Shown: in pieces, positions 47,255 through 60,300 of the stretch | How positions within the stretch are numbered: the stretch's first letter is position 1 | Layout of the letters: every line of letters begins with the position of its first letter | Assembly (NCBI RefSeq): GCF_018350175.1 | Contig: NC_058371.1 | Coordinates: 163,060,001 to 163,124,000, forward strand | Source: Felis catus | Taxonomy: Eukaryota | DNA: 64,000 nucleotides | Direction: 5' to 3' | Notes under the pieces: generated by a model | What the model was told of the DNA's origin: nothing | Databases searched by the model: none | Seen by the model: only the letters and a program-made list of their open reading frames with translations | Position numbers and translations under genes: made by a program

Positions 47255-50200
47255 GTAGGTGTTGTCTGAATCTCTCTTCACTATTTAGCTTCTCTCTGGG
47301 GCTCTGACTGGTCTTTTCCACTCCGAACGTGGGTAGGTCCTCGCTGGTTTGAGTAGTTGTAGTAAGAGCAAGTGGCAGCTTCATTTTTTTTTTTTTTTAA
47401 GCAGGTCGTTTGGCATATTTTAAACAGGCTGATGTGTCTAGAAAGGGTGTTAAAAGATACCATCCATCCAGGTAAGACTTGAACAAGCCAAAACCTAGCA
47501 CTGAAAAGTAGATTTGTTTCCTCTACCAGACAAGAAAGGACCCAACAGAGCAGAAACTAAACTTGGAGCAAATCCTTTATGTGATTGAGAAATGATCACC
47601 TTCTCTTTCCCCCCCGCACTTCTCATGCCGGTTTTAGATACGGGCGTTCTGGAGAATATCCACACCCCTCTGCCTGTGTCCTTGCCCGCTGAAATTTTAT
47701 TGTCTCTTGGAAGTTTCATGCTCGTTCCTATTTGTTTTCATTTTACTTCCATGTGAACTCCTGCCGTAGTGATTCTTGATCAGCTTGCTTGTGTCAGCTT
47801 CGCCACACCGCGCATCTGGTTCAGAGAGACTAAAGCTTGTTTGGCTGGTGTGTTGTAATTTTTAAAACGTACTAGCTGCTGCCAAGCATGAGGAAATGTC
47901 CCTCGTTGATAATCCTCTGATTTTTATCCAGATCAATGGATTTAACTTCCTGTGTATTTTTATGGCTCTACGAATGAAAAGGTTTGGTGTGGGTTTTTTT
48001 TTTTTTTTTTTTTTTTCCTGTTTTCAGTTTGAAGAGCTTGAGAAATTTTCTAAAGAGGAAGCATTTGTTAGGAGAAACCAAGTGTGCCCTCTAGAAACGG
48101 GACTTGTACCGATGCAAATTGGTCTGAATCATTGAATCTTCATTTGTTGGGAGCGCTCTAAGATGTACCATAGAGAAAATGCTGTGTGTCAAATAGACTA
48201 CAGTTTCGTTCGCATAGCAGCCATTTGTTGAGGACCTGCTATGTTTGGGTTGGCATAAACTATGTGTTGGTGCTTCATGAATGAGGGGAGTCCCTATCCT
48301 ACAGAGCTCAGCAATTTCGTATTTTGTGGGCATAACGTTGGTAAAGATGAAACAATTTGCGTACGGTGTGGTATCTGCACAGATGAACGTTGAACAGAAT
48401 CTCAGAAGCAATACAAAGAAAAGGCTGATGAACACAGCAGGATGTTTCTTTAACGTAATTTGCATTTGACCAAAGTTGGGTTATTTTTTATTTTATAGTA
48501 GCGTAGCTTAGACCTGGCATCTGTTCCATGGCTGTCTCTTTTTTTAGGCATGAGTCTAAGGGTGCCTTTGGACAAGTTGTCGTATTTCTTGGGACCTTAG
48601 TCTTTCTCACCTTGTAAAACTCATACACTTTTTGGGGTTGTCCAAAGCTTCTTAGTGAACGGTATTTCTTAGAGTCTTTATAAAAAATCTCCATCTCCTA
48701 ATTGGTTAGCAACCATTTGAGGACCGAACCAGCTTATTTAAAACCGTGTGGAATTTACCACATATTAGCATTTTTGTATTCATTGAACAGTCCCAGGATA
48801 TTATTGGACACCATAGTGAGTGCCGTATTTGAATTGTCTTAAATAAATGAAGTCACCTTGTTATGAAGGGAAAGTAAATTGAGTAGCAATTTGGAACAGA
48901 GCTAGAGAATATTATAGAGATCATTTTATCTTGCTAAGTCAATTGCCTGAGGCAGTATTTTGAGACTAGTTGGAAAAAATTTTTTAAACTATTCAAAAAG
49001 TATGTACATCTTGTAATATGGGAGAAGACATAACTTATCTCTTCCTCTAGTACTGTTACTGTTGTTTCCCCTTCCCAAAGAGAATTGGAGACTCAGTTTA
49101 ATGTATCAGCTAGGGGTCTTTAAAGTCATGTGTGAGGGTCTACTCCGATAGTGGTCAGAGTTTAGAAATTGCAGCCTGGGGTGGGGTGGGGTGGGGTGGG
49201 CTGAGGTTTAAAAAAAATTCTCATCTTCTGGCCTCTTGGTCTAGTATGTAGATGTTTGTGTTGGATCAGGACCTGACAATTAGGCCTATAGATTTTTCTC
49301 TGTTTTTTCTTGGATTCCTATATGAAAACAAACTTGAATGCCAATATTTAGTTAGCGTTATAGATTATAATATTATTTTCTAGATATCAACTTTGTGTTC
49401 CAGTTCACCCACAGAATAAAACCTGTTTTTTCTTTTAATGTTTATTTTGACAGAGAGAGCATGAGTGGGAGAGGGGCAGGGAGAGGGGGAGAGAGAGAGA
49501 GAATCCCAAGCAGGCTCTGCGCTATCAGCAAAGAGCCCAATGTGGGGCCTGAACCCGCAAACTCGAGATCATGACCTGAGCCGAAATCAAGAGTCGGTCG
49601 CATAACTGACTAAGCCACCCAGCCGCCTCCAAACCTATTTATTTTTTAACTAATGTGGAATTTGGGTATTTGGGGTTGTAATTGAAAGTATTTTTCGATT
49701 TTGATTCTCTTAGCAATTAAGAGAAATCTATAGTCACATGTTTCCTTTTTCCCCAGCTTGTTTGTTTGAATGACTTCAGGCTTTATAATCGTGTTCAATT
49801 CTGTGGTATCATCAAAAGGTGTCTCTGGGTGGTTTTATCTCTAGCCTTCTCATGGAGCCAGCCCAAAGCAAACAGACTGGAAGAGTTTGGTGTATTTTAG
49901 TCTAGTTAGTGCTCTGGACCAAATATTTTATTGCAGATTAAATTGCAATTGTGGTGAAACCAATGGTAATCTAAGGGTTTGAAAGGCCTTGCTGATCTTT
50001 TAAGAGAAAAAGCCACTCCAACATGAACAAGCAGATACTTTTTTGAGACAAATAAATTCTGTATCAACAATCAAACCTGGCATTAAAGGCTTTTGGAATG
50101 TTTGTGTTCGGAGATTGTTGCCAAGAATTTTGGGTATGTCATAAGTCCTCTACATGAGATGTTACTACAGTTTTAAGAATGGTTATTTGTGCTGGATATT

Positions 50201-50399
50201 TTTAAGAGCGTGTGGATGAAAACCTTGTTGGTTCCCAAAGCTTCACGTTTCACCTGTCGGTCCATTCTTCTCCCGCCCGTCCAGTTTTCATGCCACTTGC
50301 AGAGCCTGAAAATGCTTTAAAGTTGTTCAGACTTGGGACTCTTTTTCTGGGTGCTTACCTGGGTGGTAAATTTCAGGCACACAGAAAAATACGGAGAAT

Positions 50400-51320
50400 A
50401 CTAGAGTGAATGCCCGTGTGTTTCCATCCACCACCCAGTGAAGAAATAAAATATAAATACAGGCGAACCCTTCCTCATTTCACTCCCCCCTCCTCCAGAT
50501 GGTGACCGCTCTTCTGCATTTGGTGTTTATCCCCTGTTTGTATACTTTTACTAGATACGTGTATGTTCATCAACCACATGCAGAGTCACTTCCTCATGTT
50601 TTAAATATGCTCCCTGATAGTGAGATTGCTTTTGTTTTAAACTCTGATTTCGAGGGGCGCCTGGGTGGCTCAGTCAGTTAAGCGTCCGAGTTCTGCTCAG
50701 GTCGTGATCTCGCGGTTTGTGAGTTCAAGCCCCGTGTCGGGCTCCGTGCTGACAGAGCAGAGCCTGGAGCCTGCTTCAGATTCTGTGTCTCCCTCTCTCT
50801 CTGCCCTTCCCTAACTCGTGCTCTTTCTCTCAAAAATAAATAAACATTAAAAGCAAACAAACAAAAAAATAAACTCTGATTTCGAGATTCATCCATTAAA
50901 GTCTACGTGATTCTAGGTTATTAACTGCTCTCCATGCGAATGCTACAATATACTCACTTTATCGTTGATAAGCACTTGGCTTTACACTTTTCTGTGTTTG
51001 TCATGACATTTTGAACTTGTCTCCCTGTGCACATGTTTGAAGTTTCTCTGTGGCATATACATAGAAGAGAGATTGCTGGGTCAAAGGAAATGGGCATCTT
51101 CAACTCTTAATATATTGCCTGGTTGCTCTCCAAAGCAGTCGTGCCGATTTGCATTCCAACCAGCAGCGCTGGGGAGCGCCAGCGGCCGCACGTGCTTTCA
51201 GACGCCCGACATTGTCAGACTTGATGTTTTGCCAGTCTGAAGTGGGATCTTTGTGGTTTAAAATGTGCACTTTCCTGTTTACTAATGAGGCTGGACATCT
51301 TTTCGTGTGTTTATTGTGCT
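50400..51320 (-). mobile_element. Old L1M (L1ME-like) fragment interrupted by a SINE
   Basis: GAGATTGCTGGGTCAAAGG...TTGCATTCCAACCAGCAGCG...GGTTTAAAATGTGCACTTTCCTGTTTACTAATGAGGCTG, antisense L1M 3' region. Confidence 0.7.
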
Positions 51321-54300
51321 GGGTTGTTTTTCATCCAGCGACTCCGGGGCAGTTTTCCAGGGCTTGAAAGTCAGGATTGCATTGGTTTTGTCTGAAAATA
51401 GGGAAAGGGAGGATGCAGGGGGAAAGTAGGGAGACCAGAGAACAAGTTGAAAACGGTAGGGGTGGAATGGAAGATACAGGTTGACGGAGTGATAGAAAGG
51501 GGCTGAAGACTTGCAGCGACAAGACTACAGACTAGAAGGGAGAAGATACATTGAGTGTTGAGAGTAAATTCGTGATACGTCGTCGGGCGGGCCAGGCCTC
51601 CCAGTTCAAGTTATGTGGTTCATGCTTCGTTTCATTGAAATTGGCTTTGGCGTCTGGGGCCTCTTCCGGTGAGAACGACAGCGAAGCTGGACTTACAGAG
51701 TTTTCCTGTTTACCCAGTTGCTTTCGGAAGTTCTTTTGGAAAGGCGGTGTATTTCTCTGGAAACAGTGCTGCCATGAACGTGCTCACGCCTGTCTTCCTT
51801 GCACACGTGCCTTCGTTTCTCCAGGATGTAGGCCTCGAAAGGAAAGTGCTGCTCTCCGAGTGTGCCCATCTGGGGCTTTACTAGGTGTCGCCAGATTGCT
51901 CCCCAAGGTGGTTGCATGAAATGGAGCTTTTTGGATGTGCAGCTTCTGGGGCCCTAGTCTCAGAGTTTGTGACTGTCCAGAGGTGTAGGTAGGTCTGCGG
52001 TGGGTTTTAATCACCTGCAAGTTTTTTAAGTGCCACAGCTGATTCTGAGGAACATCCCAAGCTTAGACACCAGGGTTTTAGATTGGCGGCTCCTCAAGGT
52101 TGTCTTCTTCACCGGCATTCAGCGCAGTGCCTGGCACATACGTGCCAGAGGCTCAACCGATGATTCCTGGCTGATCGAATGAAGAGCTGGAGCCTGGGAG
52201 AATGGGAGAATTGCCTCGGAGGGAGGTAGTGCTCCTGGGATTTCGGATTCCGTCGTCCACCTGAATTCCCTGGCGAGCTTGTTAAAATGCAGATTCGGAT
52301 TCAGGAGGCCTCTAGTGGGGCCTAGATTTTGCTTTTCTAGCGTGGCCAGATTGTCCTGGTTTGGGAAGCACACGTAGAACGGCAAGTCCCCAGGGAAAAA
52401 AAAGAAAAAAATTTTTTTTTTTTTTTCCCTAAAGTGAGGAGTTTGGGATTCGGAATCCTGCTTGGTAAATTTCAAAGCCTGTCTCCTCATCTCTTGATAA
52501 CACAAAAAGGCAGGTGATAAAGTACCTTTCTCACAGCATTCTGGGGAAGAATCAAAGACGATCTTGCTGCCTGTGGAAGCATTTTGTGAACTGCGATGCC
52601 CTCACACATTCTACTTTTCGTAATTATTCTCGTTCTTTTAGGGAATTAATGTTTTCCCTCAGGTTACCCAAAGCACAAAGCTGTTGTTAAGAGAAGTTGA
52701 ACGGCTTTAGGGAAAGCAGCTAACCAGTTCAGGTAGTTTATAGATACACTGAAAACCACAAAGGATAGCACACTGACATCTGAGAATCACTGGTTTGATG
52801 GAATTCTGCTCTCTTTTGACCCGCTGTCTACGTTTTAGTGGGCATTTTGGGAGGAGTGGAGTTGGGGGAAGGAGGTCAGGCAAAGAGCAGAGGCAAAATT
52901 CACCTTGTGTGGTTCTGACTGCGGTGCTGGGATGTGGGGTTCCCTCTTCACTGGTTTGTGGTAGGGGGAGGAACGGGACTAGAGAGAGGCCCAGAACTCT
53001 CCCCCACTCAGCTCTGCACTGTAGCAGGTGATAGGACAGTAGGGAGGCTCTCTAGTTTATTTCCCCAAGTCAGACACTTCTTACAGTGAGAGGGGGATGC
53101 TCTAAATAGCTAGTAGGCATTAATTGATTTACTGTAGGTGTAATCAAAGCTATTCAGGGCAAACCAGGCCTTGTGGTCAACCCAAGGTTAAGCCGCCGAA
53201 GGACACTGTCATTTAAATGCAGCATTTCAGGGTGCTTTATTTATTGGGGATACTGCCTCATCCACCTGAGAAGAGGCAGTGTGGTGTGGAGAGAGGAGGG
53301 CAAATACAAATAAAATAAAAGGGACATTCAGAACTAGTGTGTATTGTATGCTGCAGTTTTTTTTTGTTTTTATTCCCAGTCTTCACTGTATCTTTTTTTT
53401 TTTTAATGTTTGTTTATTTTTGAGAGACAGAGAGAGAGAGAGAGAGAGGCGGTGGGGAGGGGCAGAGAGAGAGGGAGACACAGAATCCAAAGCAGGCTCC
53501 AGGCTCTAGGCTCTGAGCTGTCAGCACAGAGCCCGACGCGGGGCTTGAACTCACGAACTGCGAGATCATGACCAGAGCTGAAGACAGATGCTTACCAATT
53601 GAGCCACCTGGGCACCCCTTCACTGTATCTTTGAACCACTTGAATTTAGTAGTAGTTTTCCTTAAATCTGTCCAACTTCTTTTAATTTGGTCTCATTCTG
53701 TGCTAAGACATCTGTGAAGTAATGGGTTTGGTTAGCTAGTTATATGCTTTTGTAATGCATATCAGAAACATAATCGCTATAGATACAAATATCAGATCAT
53801 TATGTTGTACACCTGAAACTAATTTAGTGCTGTATGTCGATTATACTTCAATAAAAAATGCATAATTGCTAGAGTTAAAAGTGTTCATAGTTGTGCCACC
53901 TAAGATTATCTAACCTCCCACTGGGATTCATGGTTCCTAGTTTGGGAGGCATTGGCTCAGATAAGAGGTTCTTTATGGTGGTTCAAATAACCGACTATTG
54001 GAGGAACACTTGTGGTTTTGTTGTTGTTTGTTTGTTTTTTAAGTAATCACCGTGCCCAATGTGGGTCTCCAACTTATGACCCCAAGATCAAGAGTCCCAT
54101 GCCCTACCGACTGAGCCAGCCAGGCGCCTCTGGAGGAATACTGTTACGGTGGTTTGTAGGTTACAGGTTGGCGAGCTTCCTTGGGGGGCAGGTTAGCAAG
54201 TGGAGGAGATCTGGTTGGGGTTTCCACACTGTTGGTGGTTGAGTGTGAGAGTTGCCAATGCTCCCCTTTCAGAGACTCTGCTTGTCACCCATAATGTCGC

Positions 54301-55729
54301 TGGCAAGAGAACTTCCCTCCCTGTGGTATCGTGGGGCTGAAATGGACTCATTAATGTCTGGTGCTTAGCCCAGAGCCTGACCATTTTACTACTATTGCCT
54401 TCTAGTGCCCCTGTTTTTCCCACTGGCACTGCAGTCCAAAGGATGGAGTGGAGATTGCCTTGGGATCTGAGGTCTCAGGTTCCAGTCTTGATCCTGCCAC
54501 TTTGTAGCTTTCCTAACACGGGCAGGTGACTTAGACCTCTTTGGGTTTGCACCCTGCAATCTAGCACGGCTTCCAGTCAGAGACTGGACTTGTGGGGAAA
54601 GCCGGGAGGGGACAAAAGGAGGAAGAAGCTGTGATTTCCCACTGAAAGGTCCTGGGGAGGCACAGTGCAGGCAAAGCTTTTGTAATCATCGGTCAGGATA
54701 CAATGTTTTTCCCTTTCCTGATAATGAGAGCACGTCATCTAGTCAAAGACTTTTCATCACCTAATAAGCATCTAACATACCCTCTTGTACTACCTGGCAT
54801 CTGCAGTTAGGTGTTCCTACCTGAGAAATACGTAAGTAACTGAGCTCAGTTTCTTTTAAAAAAAAATTTTTTTTTTTTAAGTTTTTAAAAAGGTAATATG
54901 AGTTCCTATGGTAGAAATTTCAAATTGTACAAAAGGATATATCTTGAAAATATAGCCAGCACCCAGTTGTTATAACTGGCCTGATTAATATTTGCAGTTT
55001 CTTCTGCTTCCATTCAGACATATCCTATGCATATACAAATATGTTTATATTTCTCTCATAGTTTTTATTTTTATTTAAAAATTTTTTCAATGTTTATTTA
55101 TTTATTTATTTAAAAATTTTTTTTTTCAACGTTTATTTATTTATAGGACAGAGAGAGACAGAGCATGAATGGGGGAGGGGCAGAGAGAGAGGGAGACACA
55201 GAATCTGAAGCAGGCTCCAGGCTCTGAGCTGTCAGAACAGAGCCCGACAATGGGGCTCGAACTCGTGGACCGTGAGGTCATGACCCGAGCTGAAGTCGGA
55301 CGCTTAACCGCATGAGTGACCCAGGCCCCCCCCTTTTTAAAAAAATTTTTTTTTTTTTTTACTTTTATTTATTTTTGAGACAGAGACAGAGCATGAATGG
55401 GGGAGGGTCAGAGAGAGAGAGTATTTTTGTTTGTTAAAAAATGTTTATTTATTCAGAGAAGAGAGAGAGAGAAGGGGCAGGGGAGGGACAGAGAGGAAGA
55501 GAGAGAATCCCAAGGGGACTGACTGTGCTGAGTGCGGAGCTGATGCGGGGCTCAGCCCCACGACCTGGAGTTCATGACCTGAGCCGAAATCAGGAGTCGG
55601 GCGGTCAACCGACTGAGCCACCCAGGCGCCTCTATATTTCTCTCATAGTTTTTAAAAACACAGGTAGTACCTCCGGCATATACTGATCTATCCTGATCTG
55701 CCCCTTGCTTTTATGCCTTGAAGGTGGGT

Positions 55730-56180
55730 CTGTGTTAGTAGTAAGTGAAGAGCATCCTCATTCTTTTTTAATGGCTACAGAGTATTCAGTTGCTTGAATG
55801 TATTGGATTCACTTAAGCACTAATGGGCATAAAGGTAGTTTTCCACCCTTTGGTTTTTACAAACAAGGCTATAGGGAACGTATATCCTTATGTCCATATA
55901 TCATTTTACATGTGTGGGAATATAGCTGTCGGCTTACTTCTCAGAAATGGATTTGCATTTGTAACTTTGACGGATTCTGCCAAATTGCCCTCCACCAGCA
56001 ATATGTGCGACTCGTTACCCACAGCCTTGCCAAAGCAGTGTGCTATCCAGAAACCTTTTGATCCTTGCCAGTCAGGGGAAAAATGGAGTCTTAGTATATT
56101 TTTAGTTTGCGTCTCTCTTGTTAGAAGTGAGCTTGAGCAGCTATTCACACGTTCAAGAAAACCAGCTCAATTTCATTTAA
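55730..56180 (-). mobile_element. Old L1M fragment
   Basis: CTCATTCTTTTTTAATGGCTACAGAGTATT...GATTCTGCCAAATTGCCCTCCA. Confidence 0.7.
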
Positions 56181-57127
56181 CTGTTTTGTTGTTGCCAATT
56201 ACTTTCGAAGTCTGTAGAGAAGGACCAGTTTTATTTTTATTTTCAATCTGTGGCAGACTGATATTTTTATAAAATACAATAAAAAAGAATTATTAGCAAA
56301 ATAGAGTTAAAAACTCCAAAGATACATAAGCACACAAACCCCTATTTTTTCTTAATGTTTATTTATTTTTGAGAGACAGAACACGAGTAGGGGAGGAGCA
56401 AAGAGAGAGGGAGACACAGAATCTGAAGTGGGCTCCAGGCTCTGAGCTGTCAGCCCAGAGCCCGATGCAGGGCTCGAATTCACGAACCGTGCGATCATGA
56501 CCTGAGCCGAAGTTGGACACTTAACTGGCTGAGCCACCCAGGCGCCCTCAAAACCCCTATTTTTTATGATTAACTTGACAGATACAGAATTACTTTGTCC
56601 ATTCATTATACCTGTTTTTACTTTCTGAACTTAGCTCATGGCACTATCAACACTTTGGGTGATACTGCTGTAAAGAACTCCTGTCGTTTCTTTTTTTCCA
56701 TTGCAGCCCTGTTTGGGGATGAGAGAAGAGAACACAGAATTCTATATTTTATGTTTCACAATACAAATGAAAAGATCATCTCCCTTGCCTGGGGGTCAGG
56801 AGTTCGGGCTCTGAATCCGAACGGCCTGTGTTCAAGTTCTGTCTCCTTTACAGACTGAGTGAAGGTGGGCAAGTTCCCTCCATTTCTTCGTAAGTAGAAC
56901 AGGAGTAATAAACATAATCTGGCTTGGGCTAGTGGACAAAATTAAGCGAATATATAGACATGAAGTTTCTGAATGAGTGGCACGTAGCACTTACTCTTCC
57001 CCATTTGCCAAATTTATTCAGTTAGCAAATTTATTTAAGTGCCTTTTATATGCCAGGTGCTCTGCTAGGTGCTGGCAAACGAATCAGACGTAATCGAGTC
57101 TGTTCTTGTCGAGTTTATGGTCTAGTG

Positions 57128-57337
57128 TAGAGATTAGCAAGCTTTTCAGTAAAAGGCTCCATGGTAAATATCTTGGGCTTTCTGGGCCATAATGTCTTTG
57201 TCACAACTACTCTACTATCATATTGTGAAAGTAGCTACAATAAGTAAATGGATGACTGTGTCTGTGTTCCAGTAAAACTTTATTTACAAAAGCAGTTGTG
57301 CCAGATTTGGTCCATAGATCATCACTTGTCAACCTGT
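57128..57337. mobile_element. MER58A (hAT-Charlie)
   Basis: GCAAGCTTTTCAGTAAAAGGCTCCATGGTAAATATCTTGGGCTTT...GTTCCAGTAAAACTTTATTTACAAAA. Confidence 0.8.
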
Positions 57338-60300
57338 GGTTCAGTGGGAAAACATGTTAAGTAAGCACAAATATGTTATCAGAAGTCGTGATAGGTTTTA
57401 TAAAACGGAAATCTCACAGGATTACGTAAGAAAAAGGTCAAGAAAGGTAGCTTTGAAGAAGTGACATTGAAGCATAATGGTAGGAAAGGTAGCCAAAGGA
57501 AGAAAGGGCAGCTGCAGCAGGCATAGCTCTAGTGGCCAGTTTTAAACTTGCCACACCAGTTGTTAGCTAAGAGGCTCAGAATTACAGCCTGCGTTTCTGT
57601 CTTTTGGAGCGCATTGGATATTTTGAAGTTTTCTTTGAATTAAAACAGAAATGGGTGTCTGACTTCGGCTCAGGTCATGATCTCACGGCTTGTGGGTTTG
57701 AGCCCTGCATCAGTCTCTGTGCTGACAGCTCAGAGCCCGGAGCCTGCTTTGGATTCTGTGTCTCCCTCTCTGTCTGCCCCTCCCCCACTCATGCTCTGTC
57801 TCTTTCTCAAAAACAGGTAAACATTAAAAAAAAAAATTTTAACAGAAATGGGAAATTTCCCCTGAAATATAATTCATGCCAGTTGTCTTCCCCTTCCCAC
57901 CTCCCTAACTCCTGTTATAATCTTAACACTGAGAGATGAACTGTATTAATATATTAACACATTTTGGGGCACCTGGAGCATGTGACTCTTGATCTCAGGC
58001 TTGTGAGTTTGAGCCCTACATTGGGTGTAGAGATTACTTTAAAAAACTCTAAAAAAAAAAAAAGGTTTGTGTGTGTGTGTGTATATACACATATATAAGA
58101 GATATAAGGTATATATACAAAGTATATATATATGCATATAAGGTATATATACACATATATCTTTTATATGTGTATATATAAACAAACACATTTTGTTATG
58201 CATTCTTCTGGTAGGTTATTTTCTCTATGCAGGTGTTTTCATTATATTGTGAGTATCTAAAAATTCAGAAGTTAGAGTAGTAAGATTGCACATTATTTCA
58301 TTATTAGGTATAAAACGTTTTACCCCTTAGAACTCATTTTTACTTTTTGATGTTTTTCTCTTTTTGCCTGGTTAAACTTAAGATTCTCTTCTTTTCCTAT
58401 TTGGCTAAAGACTCACAGACCTTAAAACCATTTTGGGGAAAAAAAATCTGTTTTCTTATTGACTACATCCTGAGTTTTTCCCGATTTCCAACCTCAATTG
58501 TACATTTCCTTTAATTTTTTTTTTTTAACGTTTATTATTTTTGAGACAGAGAGAGACAGAGCATGAATGGGGGAGGGCCAGAGAGAGAGGGAGACGCAGA
58601 ATCTGAAGCAGGCTCCAGGCTCTGAGCTGTCAGCACAGAGCCCGACATGGGGCTGGAACTCACAGAGCGGGAGATCGTGACCTGAGCGGAAGTCAGACGC
58701 TTAACCGACTGAGCCACCCAGGCGCCCCTGTACATTTCCTTTAGACAGGTTGTAGCATCTTACAGTATTCCATAGAGATTTTACGGAAAAGTATGTTGCT
58801 CACTGTGGACTATTTGAAGGGGTGCCTCGGAGTTAGGGGTTTGTCTGTACAACTTTGTGACCCCGTCAAATTTTCTCTTTCTGCCATTCTGGGATTCCGA
58901 GGGAACTCTGCCTGCGTGAGAGTCATTGCGGTGCAGTGGTTAGGAGCATACTGGTGTGAGTTAAACCCAGTTTTGTTCCTTGGCTGTGTGAACTTGGATC
59001 AAGTTATTTACCTTCTCTGGGTCCCAGTTTTCTTCTCTTTAAAATGGGAACAATCATGGCATTAACCTCATGGAGTTAAATTTAGAGGATTAGAGGAGTA
59101 AAATGAATAAAATACACATCAGGTCCTTGGAGCAGTGACTGCAGTAGGGAGGATGATTTGTGTTATCCATTGTTATTATTACTGGTTACAGCTGGGGAAC
59201 CAGTGGCCCTATTCCTCCTTAACCATCCTTGAATTCTGGCAAGTGGCTCCTGACTCATCCTGAGATCTTGGGCTGTATCACTTCATTTTTGTTTCACCCT
59301 CTGTGTAAGGCTGTAGGAGTGACTTTAATCAACAGAAGTCAGGGAAACCTAGTTTTTTTTGAAATCTAGTTCTTTATGTACTTTTGTACTTGGAAAACTT
59401 ACTTGATAAGTAGAATAGCCTTTTGAACATAGACCTAAAAGTATGTCTTTGGCAACAACATTATCTTCTTCTGTCACATATTTTATTTTATTTTTAAAAA
59501 TTTTTTAACGTTTACTTATTATTGAGAGACAGAGAGAGACAGAGCACAGCTGGGGGAGGGACAGAGAGAGGGAGACAGAATCCGAAGCAGGCTCCAGGCT
59601 CTGAGCTGTCAGCACAGAGCCTGACGCGGGGCTCGAACTCACAAACTGGGAGATCACGACCTGAGCCAAGTCGGGTGCTTAACCGACTGAGCCACCCAGG
59701 AGCCCCTCCTGTCACATACTTTAATTCCGGGTTTATAACTGATGACTTATTCTGTGTATACTTGGAGATTTTTACACGTTCTCTTTGGCCTTTTTTGTGT
59801 GTGGCCCTTCTTTACTTTGTAAAAACTTGAAAGAGAGGTTGCCTAACCTAGGATGCCGACAAATGGGCTGTCCTGGGGTTATCTTGGCCAAGTAGGCTTA
59901 CTTCTCTGGGCCTTGAGTTTTTTCATCTGTGAAATGGGTCTAGATGATCTCCAAGGGCTCTTCCTGGTCTCTGTGGCTTTTGTTCAGGTGCTCCCATAGT
60001 CTGGCAATATTCTCATTAGCTTTTATAGACCTTGCAGTGCTGCTGTTCTGATTATACCATCCTCCTGAGCAAGATTCTATCTCCCTTTTGTCCCCCACTG
60101 GAAGAAATCCTAATATGCTTTCCTTATAAACTGCCTTTAAAATCACTTTAAAAAGAAATGCCTTTCTATATCCATCTATGCATTTACGATTCATCCTTCC
60201 CGGTGGCGGTGGTTGTTTATTTGGTGGTTCTGTAGCCCCCCCTCGGCAGGCACAGGATTGCTCTCAGACGTGCTCTGAAGAGCTAACATTACAGTCTTCT

